DNA of 64,000 bases, taken from the NCBI GenBank assembly GCA_040876835.1, contig JBBDOX010000016.1, positions 98,875 to 162,874 on the forward strand, in the 5' to 3' direction. A model generated the notes under the pieces. That model had not been told where the DNA came from and made no database searches. It saw nothing but the letters and a program-made list of their open reading frames with translations. Shown here in pieces: positions 28,934 through 39,662 of this stretch (positions are counted from its first letter, which is position 1; each line of letters opens with the position of its first letter). The position numbers were made by a program, and so were the translations under genes. This DNA is from Candidatus Anderseniibacteriota bacterium (lineage in GTDB: Bacteria; Patescibacteriota; Andersenbacteria; UBA10190).

Positions 28934-30010
28934 ATGAAGAAGTTCTTGATCAGGCATTTGGGAAACATGGGAGACATGCTGTTTTTCGTCTCTCCCGTTC
29001 TTGAAACACTGAAGAAGAAATATCCCGATAGTCACATCACCTTCGTTACTGCCTGGGGGTTTAAAACTACTAAGCGACCCTTTCCTTTTGTTTCAAAGAA
29101 AGAATTCTGGGGAGACCGGAATCAAAGTGGGTTCTGCATCGCGCTCATGATGCATAATCCGCACATTGACGAGCTTGTTCACTGGCACGATGAGGACCTC
29201 TCGCTCGAAGGAATGATTTGCGCTGAAGAAGGTCGAAGGTTTCCGACGTGGAATAAGAGTTATTACGAGAAACAGAAAGAGTCCGGTAAATATGACGGCG
29301 TGTATGAGCTTGATTTTGGGATCGGGTACGAGGATAACCCCCTGGATCGAATGTATGAAGCCATTGGTATGTCCGGGGAAATGTTTTCAGATTATAAAAT
29401 ACATCTCACCGAGGATGACAAAGCGATTGCCAAAGCTGCTATGGAGCAGCATTCCACGCCGCGCATTGTGCTGCTAGAAGGCTTAGAAGGAACTACAACC
29501 CGCGGCTGGGACCCGGGAAAGATTCCAGCACTTGAAGCTGCAATTAAAAAGAACTATGGAGTAAAACCCATCTGGTTTGGCGGACGATACACACCCACAT
29601 TTGAAGGACGCCCCCTAACCCTGAGAGAGAATATTGCCACCCTGACTTTCTGTGACGCCGCTATTGGTGTTATGTCTGGCCCTCTGCATTTTGCGGCCGC
29701 AGTCGGGTGTCCAACCATTACCCTATATGGTGATCAGCCCTTACATAGAGCTGCACCTGCCTATTTTTTAAATGAATACATTCATAGTCCAAAAAAGTAT
29801 CATCGCACGATTATGGGGCCGACAAATTGGAATGAAATAAAGTTTTTAAAGGATGATTCTACGTTTGTAAATCTTACCCCCGTAGAGGTTAAAGCACAGG
29901 GTTACGAAAATTGGCAGAACCCCGGGCGCCAATCGACCAAAAGCTGCCTAGCAGTTATTACCGTAGATGAAATAATGGTGGTGCTTGCTGATGTTCTGGC
30001 AACAGATTAA
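28934..30010 (+). CDS. GT9 (heptosyltransferase-like) glycosyltransferase
   Basis: LGNMGDML..LKKKYPDSHITF, NPHIDE, SGPLHFAAAVGCPTITLYG, CLAVITVDEI. Confidence 0.8.
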   Translation: MKKFLIRHLGNMGDMLFFVSPVLETLKKKYPDSHITFVTAWGFKTTKRPFPFVSKKEFWGDRNQSGFCIALMMHNPHIDELVHWHDEDLSLEGMICAEEGRRFPTWNKSYYEKQKESGKYDGVYELDFGIGYEDNPLDRMYEAIGMSGEMFSDYKIHLTEDDKAIAKAAMEQHSTPRIVLLEGLEGTTTRGWDPGKIPALEAAIKKNYGVKPIWFGGRYTPTFEGRPLTLRENIATLTFCDAAIGVMSGPLHFAAAVGCPTITLYGDQPLHRAAPAYFLNEYIHSPKKYHRTIMGPTNWNEIKFLKDDSTFVNLTPVEVKAQGYENWQNPGRQSTKSCLAVITVDEIMVVLADVLATD

Positions 30011-30019
30011 GGTACGAAT

Positions 30020-30727
30020 ATGCAAAATCCCTGGGTAGTAATCCCGACATATAACGAAAAAGCTAATATTGAACAGATGGTGCCTCAGCTGTTCGGTCTC
30101 AATATTGAAAATCTTCATGTTCTTGTTGTCGACGACAATTCCCCCGATGGGACAGCTGGAGCAGTACGAGAATTTCAAAAGAAGTATTCCAATCTTCATC
30201 TGGAAGTACGGGGAAAAAAAGCAGGACTGGGACGAGCTTATGTGCACGGGTTTCAATATGCCCTCGATCACGGCGCAGATGCCGTTGTTCAAATGGATGC
30301 TGATTTCTCTCACGACCCCAAGGATGTGCCTAAGCTGCTCCACGCTCTCCAGAAGCATGACCTTGTGATTGGCTCGCGTTACGCTAACGGCATCAGCGTT
30401 ATTAACTGGCCCCTGAAGCGCCTGCTTATTAGCATTGCCGGGAATCTTTATGCAAGTAAAATCACCGGACTGCCAATCAAAGACGCTACCGGCGGACTAA
30501 AAGCGTGGCGGGCGCAAACATTGCGCGAAATTGACCTGCCAACCGTAGCCGCTGATGGCTATGGGTTTCAAGTTGTCATGAACTACCGTGCCTGGAAACA
30601 AAAAAAAACCATTGCCGAAATACCGATCATTTTTACTGAGCGTCGAGAAGGCCAATCCAAGATGAGCAAAAGTATTATTTGGGAAGCTTTGTGGTTGGTT
30701 TGGAAGCTGCGTTTTTTTGGTAAATAA
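30020..30727 (+). CDS. Polyprenol monophosphomannose synthase (DPM1/Ppm1 family)
   Basis: IPTYNEKANI, VDDNSPDGT, GLGRAY, MDADFSHDP, GYGFQ, FTERREGQSKM. Confidence 0.92.
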   Translation: MQNPWVVIPTYNEKANIEQMVPQLFGLNIENLHVLVVDDNSPDGTAGAVREFQKKYSNLHLEVRGKKAGLGRAYVHGFQYALDHGADAVVQMDADFSHDPKDVPKLLHALQKHDLVIGSRYANGISVINWPLKRLLISIAGNLYASKITGLPIKDATGGLKAWRAQTLREIDLPTVAADGYGFQVVMNYRAWKQKKTIAEIPIIFTERREGQSKMSKSIIWEALWLVWKLRFFGK

Positions 30728-30860
30728 GATTTGTTTGTTTAGCCTTTTAACCCCCGTTGATGGCTCGACTAACTCATAATAGTGGAAATGACATATCGTC
30801 TGATTTCAGTGTACGCTAAATTGTGCGTCTTATAGCACTAATTCCTAAGCGAAAGATACG

Positions 30861-32045
30861 ATGAAACTTCTTTTCTCTGTTCCCACTGGCTATCACTTGC
30901 GCGAACTCCTTATGCCACTCAAGGAGCATCTGGAGGCCGATAGTGCAATTGAACAAGTCATTGTTATGACTCCAGGAGCTAGGTATCGCACCGAAATATT
31001 TGCGTTGTACCCTGAAAAATTCGTATTCATTGAAAACCCCGCCATTGAAAATATCGAGGCGCATAAAACTCTTCTCCAAGAGCATCATCCTGACATTGTC
31101 ATAACCGATACAGTCGGTATCGACTTCCTTGATTATCCGGTCCTGAAAGCAGCGCAGGAACTACGGCTGAAAACACTGACGTTCATTGCCAGCTGGGACA
31201 ATGTTTGGAAGATAAACCGCCATATGCAGGCCGGAAAAAATGTCGCTTTTGCTGATTCTTTCATTGTCTGGAACGAGATGATGAAAGAACACCTGCTCTC
31301 CATAGTGTCTCCAGTTTTAGGCGAACAGGTCGCTGTCATTGGCGCTCCCCGACTCGACTATTTCTGGCACGAGGACAGAATTCCAACCAAACAGGCTCTA
31401 TATGAATACTTAGGGCTTACTGATACAAGCCGCCCCTTAATCCATTTTTCTACAACCGAACTCTACCCTATGGGCTACCTAGTAAAGGCTATCCGAGAGG
31501 GTATAACCAAAGGGGAAATACCACGAAATCCCTATCTATATGCTTCAGTGCATCCAGGCGGCAATATGGATAATCACAAGGATCTTAAGCAGTACGACGT
31601 TACTGTCCGCTACTCTTTCGGCCGACGGGACAATGCCCCGATGAAAGAGTTTGCATACAATATTACTCCTGATGAGCAATATATGCTGACGGCCGTGTTC
31701 AAGCATGCGGATCTCTTAATTAATCACTCCTCTAGTACTGCGCTTGAATCATTGATTGCCAAAACACCGGTCATCAACGTGAAGTATGGTCAACCACTCG
31801 ACTGGTGGCGCTGGTATCGATCAAGTGTGTACAGTGACTTCAAGGAACACTATTTAGACATCGTGAAATACAATGCTACGCGAGTTGTTCATAACAATAA
31901 GCAGCTTGTATCGGCAACAAAAGAACTACTAGAGAATCCTGTAATAGATGAGGGAGCACGCGCCAAAACGGTGCAGCGAATGATCTCTACCGTTGACGGT
32001 ACTACTGGACAAAGAGTACTTAATAGGATAAAACAGCTTGTTTAG
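30861..32045 (+). CDS. CDP-glycerol glycerophosphotransferase (TagB/TagF)-like GT-B protein
   Basis: ASWDN, VWNEMMK, GAPRLD, VHP, SSTALES..KTPVI, DGTTGQRV. Confidence 0.65.
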   Translation: MKLLFSVPTGYHLRELLMPLKEHLEADSAIEQVIVMTPGARYRTEIFALYPEKFVFIENPAIENIEAHKTLLQEHHPDIVITDTVGIDFLDYPVLKAAQELRLKTLTFIASWDNVWKINRHMQAGKNVAFADSFIVWNEMMKEHLLSIVSPVLGEQVAVIGAPRLDYFWHEDRIPTKQALYEYLGLTDTSRPLIHFSTTELYPMGYLVKAIREGITKGEIPRNPYLYASVHPGGNMDNHKDLKQYDVTVRYSFGRRDNAPMKEFAYNITPDEQYMLTAVFKHADLLINHSSSTALESLIAKTPVINVKYGQPLDWWRWYRSSVYSDFKEHYLDIVKYNATRVVHNNKQLVSATKELLENPVIDEGARAKTVQRMISTVDGTTGQRVLNRIKQLV

Positions 32046-32060
32046 CACATAACTTGGAAT

Positions 32061-32708
32061 ATGACGAAACGTGGAGCTGTCACTATCGTATTCGATGATG
32101 GGTATAAGCAGGTATACGAGACTGTCGTCCCCATGTTGACCAAATACCGTATCCCAGGGGTCTTTGCAGTGCCACTGGATTTTGCAGCTATTGAGCGAAG
32201 TGAGAAGCGATTGGTAACCCCCTGGCAGGAGTGGAAAAAAATTGAGACAGATGGGCATGAGATCGCAGCTCATACAGTATCCCATCGGAATCTGACTACC
32301 TTGCAAGACGTGGAGCTCGACCAGGAACTTCGCGAGCCGGAACAGGTACTGGGCGCGACCACTGTTGTCTATCCGGGCGGAGCTTACAACGAACAAGTGG
32401 TAGCCACAGCCCAAAAATATTACAGAGCTGGACGAACAGTCGTAAGAGGATTTGAGTCGTTTCAACCAGCTGACTCTATGCGACTGAAAAGTTTCAACTT
32501 CACACAGAAGAATTTTTCTGTCTGGAAAGTAAATGCGTTAGCGACTTGGGCTTACCTAACTAATACTTGGCTGATTGAAACATATCACATGGTTGATGAT
32601 GACGAGCTGATGCATTCTGTCCCCCTTTCGGCCTTTAAGAAGCATCTTGAATTCATCAAACGTCTTCCCATTGCTACCGAAACAATTCGACAGCATCTTT
32701 CCTTATGA
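32061..32708 (+). CDS. Polysaccharide deacetylase (NodB/CE4)
   Basis: VFDDG, GHEIAAHTVSH, YPGG, YH. Confidence 0.88.
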   Translation: MTKRGAVTIVFDDGYKQVYETVVPMLTKYRIPGVFAVPLDFAAIERSEKRLVTPWQEWKKIETDGHEIAAHTVSHRNLTTLQDVELDQELREPEQVLGATTVVYPGGAYNEQVVATAQKYYRAGRTVVRGFESFQPADSMRLKSFNFTQKNFSVWKVNALATWAYLTNTWLIETYHMVDDDELMHSVPLSAFKKHLEFIKRLPIATETIRQHLSL

Positions 32709-33478
32709 GTCTCTCTGCTGCCATTATTGCCAAGAACGCGGAAGGCTCGCTCGAGCATACGCTGCGCTCAGTGCAATTTGTCGATGAAATCGTGGTGGTG
32801 GTCGATTCGAGTAGCACTGATAAGACGGCTCAGATTGCCAAAAAATATGGAGCCATTGTCTTCGAGCGTCCCTGGGCGGGGTACGGCCAGCAGAAAAACT
32901 TTGCCCTGGAACAAACATCTTCCGAGTGGGTATTATTTATAGATGCTGATGAAGAAGTTTCCTCCGAGCTGCAAGAAGCAATTAAACTGGCAGTTGCAAA
33001 CGGTCACCATGATGTTTACTGGATTCGAGTGATAACCGTATTCCTCGGCAAGCCCCTCCATCGCCTCTACGGTCATAACCCTCGCTTACTTAAGCGTTCC
33101 GCAGCCCGATGGACAAACAGTTTTGTACATGAGCAGCTGGTTACCTCCGATGGAGATGATGTAAAATTTGGCGATCGGGACCATGGTTTGTTAACTGCTC
33201 CGTTACTGCATTACTCCCATCCCACTTTAGCCTCATATATACAAAAAATGCATCAGTATACAACGCTGGATGCTCGTCAGATGCGCTCTACTGGTAAGCT
33301 GCGTTCAGGTAAGCCCATCCCTTCTCACCCCCTACTTCCGTTGCACCTCTCCGTAAAGCAATTTGTAAAGCTTTACTTCTATAGGCGTGGTATTCTCGAC
33401 GGTTTTGCAGGTTTTATGTGGAGTCTTATGTCAGCGTATTATGAGTGGGAAATGGCCACTAAATACAAAAGGGTATGA
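32705..33478 (+). CDS. GT2 glycosyltransferase (WaaE/KdtX beta-1,4-glucosyltransferase-like)
   Basis: DSSSTDKT, GYGQQKNFA, WVLFIDADE, VHE, GILDGFAG. Confidence 0.88.
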   Translation: MSLSAAIIAKNAEGSLEHTLRSVQFVDEIVVVVDSSSTDKTAQIAKKYGAIVFERPWAGYGQQKNFALEQTSSEWVLFIDADEEVSSELQEAIKLAVANGHHDVYWIRVITVFLGKPLHRLYGHNPRLLKRSAARWTNSFVHEQLVTSDGDDVKFGDRDHGLLTAPLLHYSHPTLASYIQKMHQYTTLDARQMRSTGKLRSGKPIPSHPLLPLHLSVKQFVKLYFYRRGILDGFAGFMWSLMSAYYEWEMATKYKRV

Positions 33479-34620
33479 GAATAGTACACACAGCTTTGCG
33501 ATATCCTCCCGCCTCAGGCGGCGCAGAAACGTACATCCAAAATATTGTCGAACGAACGCGAGACATTGAAGCTGGACGTGATGTACGCGTACTAACAAGC
33601 AGAATGCGCACTCATGGCCCAATTAGCGAGCTTGATCCTGAGCTGCTTGTAGATGATCCTCCATATGTTCAACGACTTCACCATGCCAGCACACTAGGAA
33701 TATCATATCCCCGCCTACAAGCTCTCCGGTATTACTTAGGACACCATAAGCCTGACGTACTCCACGGATATGGATTTTGGTACCAGCCGGCTGACACTGC
33801 TGCTCGATACGCGCTGCATCATCATATTCCTTTCATTTTTCATCCAATCTATTACGAGAATGAAATCAGACAAAAAGCGGTATGGCAATTGTACAAACAA
33901 GTAATCGGGCGAAAAACGTTTGCCACTGCAGACATTGTGGTTGTTATCTCGCCCCAGGAACAACAACTTATAGAACAGGCCGGATTCCCGGTAAACCGTT
34001 TCGAGTTAATTCCACCGGGGATTGATACCTCCCGCTTTGAAACAACGTGTCCTAATCCTTTTATGGAGCGAGAAATAGCTGGCCCTATACTTCTGTCGGT
34101 CTCCCGGATTGCCGAAAGCAAAGGAATTCAGGATATCATTGCCATTCTACCTGATATTATTCGCATAGTACCGGATCTTCAGTATGTTATTGTCGGTGAG
34201 GACTTTGGATACAGGGAAACTCTACTGCAACAAGCAAACATCGTGGGCGTCTCAGACCACCTTCACTTCCTTGGGAAGGTATCTGATACCGAGCTGGCCG
34301 GAGCCTATCAGCATGCAGATGTCTTTGTGCACCCATCTCACTATGAAGCCTTTGGGATTGTTGTGGCTGAGGCACTGGCTGCCGGTACTCCCGTCGTTGC
34401 CCGAAACGCGTCAGCTATTCCTTTCGTGGCCCCACATGAAAAAGCAGGTCTTTTGTGTTCAACCTCTGAGGAATTTACTCGGTCAATTACAACCCTCTTA
34501 CAGAATCCAGGGTTGCGTCAGCAGTATGGCGCTCAAGGGAAACAGCGCGTTGTGAAAGAATTCGGTTGGGATAAAGTAATAAAAAAAGTGGTCGCGTTGT
34601 ACGACTCACTTGATAAGTAA
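33475..34620 (+). CDS. GT4 glycosyltransferase
   Basis: YPPASGGAE, PSHYEAFGIVVAEALAAG. Confidence 0.92.
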   Translation: MRIVHTALRYPPASGGAETYIQNIVERTRDIEAGRDVRVLTSRMRTHGPISELDPELLVDDPPYVQRLHHASTLGISYPRLQALRYYLGHHKPDVLHGYGFWYQPADTAARYALHHHIPFIFHPIYYENEIRQKAVWQLYKQVIGRKTFATADIVVVISPQEQQLIEQAGFPVNRFELIPPGIDTSRFETTCPNPFMEREIAGPILLSVSRIAESKGIQDIIAILPDIIRIVPDLQYVIVGEDFGYRETLLQQANIVGVSDHLHFLGKVSDTELAGAYQHADVFVHPSHYEAFGIVVAEALAAGTPVVARNASAIPFVAPHEKAGLLCSTSEEFTRSITTLLQNPGLRQQYGAQGKQRVVKEFGWDKVIKKVVALYDSLDK

Positions 34621-35016
34621 CTGTAGAAGCTTCCGAGCTTCCCCGTTGACCTCCGCCACGTGTCCCCAGAGCAGCTCCAGCGCTTCACTGGACACCAACT
34701 CTGGCCGCTCGAAGCGCATCAGGAAGGCCCCGATAGCTGCTGCGATGACACGGCGATACTCATGTTTCGGCTCGTCGCCAAACTCACTATCGCGCACGAG
34801 CGACTGGGCGTAGGAGATGCTCCCCAGGAGCTCGTCCAGATCATCCTCCGCCTTCAAATCTACCCAGTCTTTCGCCAGGACTCCAATGCGTGCCTGCTGC
34901 TCGACTGGGAGGCTAGCGAAGGCGATATGGCACCGTGCAATATCGCCCACCCCTTGAGAATGGATCCAGCTGTACACCTTTCTGATCGCAACACGAGTTT
35001 CCGCCTTGAGCGCCAT
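34606..35016 (-). CDS. Orphan helical protein (136 aa)
   Basis: SD GAGGG 4 nt before ATG 35016; GC-rich relative to flanks; no family recognised. Confidence 0.7.
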   Translation of the reverse strand: MALKAETRVAIRKVYSWIHSQGVGDIARCHIAFASLPVEQQARIGVLAKDWVDLKAEDDLDELLGSISYAQSLVRDSEFGDEPKHEYRRVIAAAIGAFLMRFERPELVSSEALELLWGHVAEVNGEARKLLQLLIK

Positions 35017-35064
35017 TTTTCCCTCTTGCTTTCCTGACACGGAATGAACTACGGTACAAGCAGT

Positions 35065-36126
35065 ATGGCAACAAACAGATATGAGAGCAAAAATGTTTTA
35101 TTCGTGGCCCTCTCCGGTATCGGCAATTTCCTCATGCAGCTTCCTACTATTGAAGCATTCAAAGAAGCCCGACCCAAGGCTCGCATTACTGTATGGGTCG
35201 CCCCCCGCGGCACTAAAGTAGTTGCAGAGGCCTCTCCCTTTATTGATTCTGTTATTGAGGCCCCTATTAAGACTTCATTGCTGGGACACATTCAGATGAA
35301 CTGGAAGCTAGCTCAGCGGCGATTCGACACGGGAATTGTGTTGTCGCCTGGGCAACTCGTCAAAAGCGCTGCATATACATTCTTAGCTGGAATCCCGATT
35401 CGTGTCGGCAACACGTACCCGTTTCGAGGACAGCAGCACAGTCGTTTTCTGTTAACTCATCCCGTTATTGAAGAGGAGAATCGCCACGATATTGAACAAA
35501 ATCTGTGCCTGCTTGAGCCCCTTCAGATACCGACTGAAAATTTCTGGAACGCCTCCTACCATCTGCACGTCCCTGAAGACCATCAAGTAAAAGCTAGGGA
35601 GTTTCTTAAGCAAAAGAGGATCCCAACTGATAAACACCTGGTGGGAATTCATGCCGGATCGGCTCCAGATTTTCCGTGGAAACGCTGGCCGCTCGATCGC
35701 TTTTCAACAGTCGCTCGTCACCTCATCGATAAACAAAATGCTCATGTATTACTCTTTGGCGGTCCGGATGAAGACAGTCAAAAAGAGGAGCTCAGACAGC
35801 TCATTAACCATTCTGCGGTTACGTCCGTTTCCGCTCCCCTCCTAACTACCGCAGCTATCATGCGACACCTCAAATACGTGATTACAAATGATTCGGGATT
35901 AATGCACCTGGCTGCAGCCTCCGGAGTAAAGGTGTTCGGATTCTTTGGCCCGACCGATGAAATCAAAACCGGCCCGCGCGGAATTGCTAGCACAGTTATT
36001 CGCGCGGAGAATACAGTGCCAGTCTACAACACTGAAGAAAATTACAACCTGGGCTCGGGGCCGCACGAAACCATGTTGTCCATTACTCCCGAACTGGTTA
36101 TATCAACAATTCTTACAGCGTCCTAG
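35065..36126 (+). CDS. GT9 heptosyltransferase-like glycosyltransferase (WaaF/WaaQ-like)
   Basis: GIGNFLMQLP, KRWPLDRF, LFGGPDE, TNDSGLMHLAAA, FFGPT. Confidence 0.9.
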   Translation: MATNRYESKNVLFVALSGIGNFLMQLPTIEAFKEARPKARITVWVAPRGTKVVAEASPFIDSVIEAPIKTSLLGHIQMNWKLAQRRFDTGIVLSPGQLVKSAAYTFLAGIPIRVGNTYPFRGQQHSRFLLTHPVIEEENRHDIEQNLCLLEPLQIPTENFWNASYHLHVPEDHQVKAREFLKQKRIPTDKHLVGIHAGSAPDFPWKRWPLDRFSTVARHLIDKQNAHVLLFGGPDEDSQKEELRQLINHSAVTSVSAPLLTTAAIMRHLKYVITNDSGLMHLAAASGVKVFGFFGPTDEIKTGPRGIASTVIRAENTVPVYNTEENYNLGSGPHETMLSITPELVISTILTAS

Positions 36127-37340
36127 GAAGCTATCTCGTAAAATTGTTCATATTGTGCAGCAATAGTTTGAATCGTCAGATTCTGTTCTACCCACCTACG
36201 GGCATTACGCTGCATTTCCCGCTTTGCATAACGGTCTATCGTTAGGGCTTTTATTATGTTCTGCTCCAATGATTTGGGCACACCAGCCTCACACACCAAC
36301 CCCGTTTCGCCATCGGTGACAAACTCGCCGGGACCGCCCAAGTTAGAAGTAATCACAGTTTTTCCTCGAGCCATCCCTTCGATAACAGTACGCCCAAACG
36401 GCTCGATCCACATATGTGGTGCCACAACAACAGCCGCCTTATCATACGTCTGCATAATCTGCCAATGAGGAACAGATTCCTCGAACGTCACCGAATACTG
36501 CAACCCTCGTGCCGCTACATATTGTTCATATTCTTTCTTCTGAGCACCACGACCAACAATAACTAAGTGGACCTGAGGAACTGCCTTTATAACATTGGTC
36601 CAGATACTTAGTAGCACGCGAACGCCTTTGTAATCTTCCACGCGGCCGATGTATAACACCTGTGCGGCTTCACCCTCGTGAAAAGGCTCTGTTAAGTACT
36701 CCGGATCAATTGGGTTGTAAATAACCGCTGTAAGAGCTTCTGAGAGGTTCTGAAATTTAGAAATTTCTTTCTGCTGACTGTGTGAAATGTAAATATGGTT
36801 CTTGATACGCAAAAATGCCTCCTGACGATATTTAATATTGTAGGCATACTGCCAGAACCGAAGAAGGTTGCGAGGAAACGGCGCTTCCCGCACGCGATGG
36901 GAGTCCCAGATCGACTTCCAGCGAAATGGCTCCTGCGGGATTTGGCCTGTCCAAAGGTAATGATTGGTATCTCCAGCTATTTGGGCATAATCACGCGCTG
37001 TCAGCACAACGCGGGGATGACTAATTTCGGAGAGCACCAGTGCCGAACGAAAATCATGAGCATGGAGAATGTCGTACTGCGTGCAATCAACTACTTTCTG
37101 AACCTGGCGGGACATCCGCCTACTTGCCCGCCTTTCAAATAAAGGCTTACCCGTTAGCCCTAGTGGCAATCGCGTTACGTGTACCCCTTCCAGCTCTGTA
37201 TCTTCGCGACGCATTCCTTCACACACCACATGAACTTCATGACCAGCCTGAACAAGTCCACGCGCAATAAGATGAGTTGAGATTTCACCTCCGCCGCTCG
37301 TGTTTGGCGGATAGTGGCCGGATAAAAAAAGAAGCTTCAT
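36123..37340 (-). CDS. GT4 glycosyltransferase
   Basis: YPPNTSGGGE, GRVEDYKG, EPFGRTVIEGMARG. Confidence 0.9.
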   Translation of the reverse strand: MKLLFLSGHYPPNTSGGGEISTHLIARGLVQAGHEVHVVCEGMRREDTELEGVHVTRLPLGLTGKPLFERRASRRMSRQVQKVVDCTQYDILHAHDFRSALVLSEISHPRVVLTARDYAQIAGDTNHYLWTGQIPQEPFRWKSIWDSHRVREAPFPRNLLRFWQYAYNIKYRQEAFLRIKNHIYISHSQQKEISKFQNLSEALTAVIYNPIDPEYLTEPFHEGEAAQVLYIGRVEDYKGVRVLLSIWTNVIKAVPQVHLVIVGRGAQKKEYEQYVAARGLQYSVTFEESVPHWQIMQTYDKAAVVVAPHMWIEPFGRTVIEGMARGKTVITSNLGGPGEFVTDGETGLVCEAGVPKSLEQNIIKALTIDRYAKREMQRNARRWVEQNLTIQTIAAQYEQFYEIAS

Positions 37341-37351
37341 ACTCCTTCAGT

Positions 37352-38509
37352 CTATATCAATCGTTTGTAGACCTCGAGCTCCTGTTTAGCTGCCGTGTCC
37401 CAGGAAAACATCTTCGCCCGCACTAACCCCTGACTACGCAACTCATCAACGAGTTTACTATCCTGTAGAACATGCTGCATATGCTCTGAAAGAACTGCTA
37501 CATCCAGCGGATCATGCGTTAAGGCGGCGCTTCCCACCACTTCCGGCAGTGATGTAGTGTTAGAACATATAACAGGTGTGCCAGCGGCCATTGCCTGTAA
37601 TGGCGGCAATCCAAAACCTTCATGAGTAGAGGGAAAGACAAACATATCAGCAAGATTGAAAAACTCGTTGAGCTCCTGATTAGACAGAGGGGAGTTAATA
37701 ATCCGTATAGCCTCACGTAGCTGGAGCCGATCAATCGTTCTCAGCAATAGTTCCCGCCCTGACGCTATACCAGGTGCTCCAACCTTAACAAAGACAGCAT
37801 TTGGAAATGCCTTACGTATCCGACTAAAAGCCTCAACAGCTGTAACAAGATTCTTTCGGACATGGTCAGAGCCAACATACAATATTATAGGTCCTGCCTG
37901 AGTCTCCAGCTGGAGCCGCTTACGCAGCTGTTGGTATCCGACCGTATTTGAAAAATTCTCAATGGGAAAAAATTCTCTCCCTACCCCGTTGTAAATAACG
38001 GTAATGCGCTCATCCGGGATATCGTATCGGTCCTGCACGGCCTTCTTGGTATAGTCTGATACGCAAATAATCTGATTCGCGCGAGCAATCCCGCTGTATA
38101 GGTACCGGTTGATGAGATATGCTTGCTTATCCTGCGGATCGAGGAGTTCGATGATGTCATGAACTGTAACCACGCTTGGTGACAGCTTCCCTGCTAAAAA
38201 GCTCAGTGTTTGATTAGTCAGATGATACAACCCAAAATCTGGACTATTTTTATCGCGAACATACTGCACCAGACGCGTTCCCAGCCGCACCCATTGCACA
38301 CTCTTTGCATTTAGCAATCCCGGCCAGCTTGAAAACTCAAACAACTGCTGCCCATCCACAGCTAGAGATCTAGTCTGCCCATCAAGCCGAAACTCGCTCG
38401 GCTGGACTTCGGCTGCATATTGCTCTTTGAGTATTGAAACGATGGCATGAGCACGGTGGCCCACTCCGCTATAACTACTTCCGTTTGTAATGTAGGCAAT
38501 CCTTGACAT
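37352..38509 (-). CDS. GT4 glycosyltransferase (mannosyltransferase-like)
   Basis: [26 protein letters not shown]; start moved to ATG 38509 (6 nt after TATTGT). Confidence 0.9.
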   Translation of the reverse strand: MSRIAYITNGSSYSGVGHRAHAIVSILKEQYAAEVQPSEFRLDGQTRSLAVDGQQLFEFSSWPGLLNAKSVQWVRLGTRLVQYVRDKNSPDFGLYHLTNQTLSFLAGKLSPSVVTVHDIIELLDPQDKQAYLINRYLYSGIARANQIICVSDYTKKAVQDRYDIPDERITVIYNGVGREFFPIENFSNTVGYQQLRKRLQLETQAGPIILYVGSDHVRKNLVTAVEAFSRIRKAFPNAVFVKVGAPGIASGRELLLRTIDRLQLREAIRIINSPLSNQELNEFFNLADMFVFPSTHEGFGLPPLQAMAAGTPVICSNTTSLPEVVGSAALTHDPLDVAVLSEHMQHVLQDSKLVDELRSQGLVRAKMFSWDTAAKQELEVYKRLI

Positions 38510-38513
38510 CGAC

Positions 38514-39659
38514 CTACAATACTGCCACTCGATCGTACACGGCAAGCGTTTTCTGAATAACTGGCGGCCAGGAGAATTGCATCGCATGTCGCTGCCCTTG
38601 CTGAATAAGACTATCCCGCAAAGCTCTGTCCTGAAGCACCCGCAGTATTTCCTCTGATAGTCTCTGTACGAAGTCCTTATCTTGAAGTCTTGAAGCAACC
38701 GTTCCTTCCGAAAACGGTACAATGATTCCTTCTTGACCGACTGCTTCAGGCAGCGCGCCACCGTCACTTGTAATAACCGGTGTACCGCATGCCATCGCCT
38801 CCAATGGCGGAAATCCCCACCCCTCATATATACTCGGCCATACAAAGATATCAGCAGCTGTGTACAAGGCAGGTAAATCCTCATACCCCACTTTCCCAAG
38901 GATACGTACCCGACTTTCTAATTGAAGTTCGCCTACCAGGTGCTCCGTATCATCCCGCTTGTCCGCAGCTCGTCCAGCAATAACAACAGTGTGGGGAATT
39001 TGATTCTGTATCCTGGCGAAAGCCCGCAGTAATGCGGCAATATTTTTTCGCGCATCTCGCGTACCCACAAAGAGAATGTACGGACCCGTTATGTTATACA
39101 ACCGTAGAATCCGTCGTACACTCTCCTGCTCCACCGGTTTAAAGTGATCATGATTGATACCAAGGGGAGTCACCGTAATTTTATGGGGGTTAACATGCAG
39201 ATGCTCAATAATCCCACGCTTACTTGCCTCCGAAATTGTCAGAATGTGATCAGATTGACTGGCAGCTCGCTGAAGGGCCCGCGGCCAATACAGACGGCGT
39301 AGTGGTGATTGCATATTCGGCAGTAACAGGGGAATGACATCATGTATTGTTACAATCGTCGGGAAACGCTTGTGTACTGGGACGTCAGCCTTCGTGAAGT
39401 GCACGATGTCGGGCTGTAACCGGTTAAGAGCTTTTGGCACCTGTTGGTTAAGCCAGAACGGCAGAAACGCCTCCGCGTGAAGTGGAACTACTTCCCCATG
39501 CGCTGCTGGAAAAATACTCTCCTGTCGTTTATCACTATACAGAACCGTGACGTCATACTTTCCCGGCTCTTTCAGCAGGTATGAGATAAGCTCCCTAGTA
39601 TATGTCTGGATACCACCACCAGGTCCGGACAAAGATCGAGCTTCAATAACAAGCTTCAT
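38514..39659 (-). CDS. GT4 glycosyltransferase (mannosyltransferase-like)
   Basis: GGIQTY, TIHD, RKNI, PSIYEGWGFPPLEAMACG. Confidence 0.92.
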   Translation of the reverse strand: MKLVIEARSLSGPGGGIQTYTRELISYLLKEPGKYDVTVLYSDKRQESIFPAAHGEVVPLHAEAFLPFWLNQQVPKALNRLQPDIVHFTKADVPVHKRFPTIVTIHDVIPLLLPNMQSPLRRLYWPRALQRAASQSDHILTISEASKRGIIEHLHVNPHKITVTPLGINHDHFKPVEQESVRRILRLYNITGPYILFVGTRDARKNIAALLRAFARIQNQIPHTVVIAGRAADKRDDTEHLVGELQLESRVRILGKVGYEDLPALYTAADIFVWPSIYEGWGFPPLEAMACGTPVITSDGGALPEAVGQEGIIVPFSEGTVASRLQDKDFVQRLSEEILRVLQDRALRDSLIQQGQRHAMQFSWPPVIQKTLAVYDRVAVL

Positions 39660-39662
39660 ATA

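Noticed and set aside
30600-30608. A9 homopolymer as a phase-variation tract
   Set aside because: It is short, in frame and Lys-coding, and other 7-8 nt tracts occur without frameshifts
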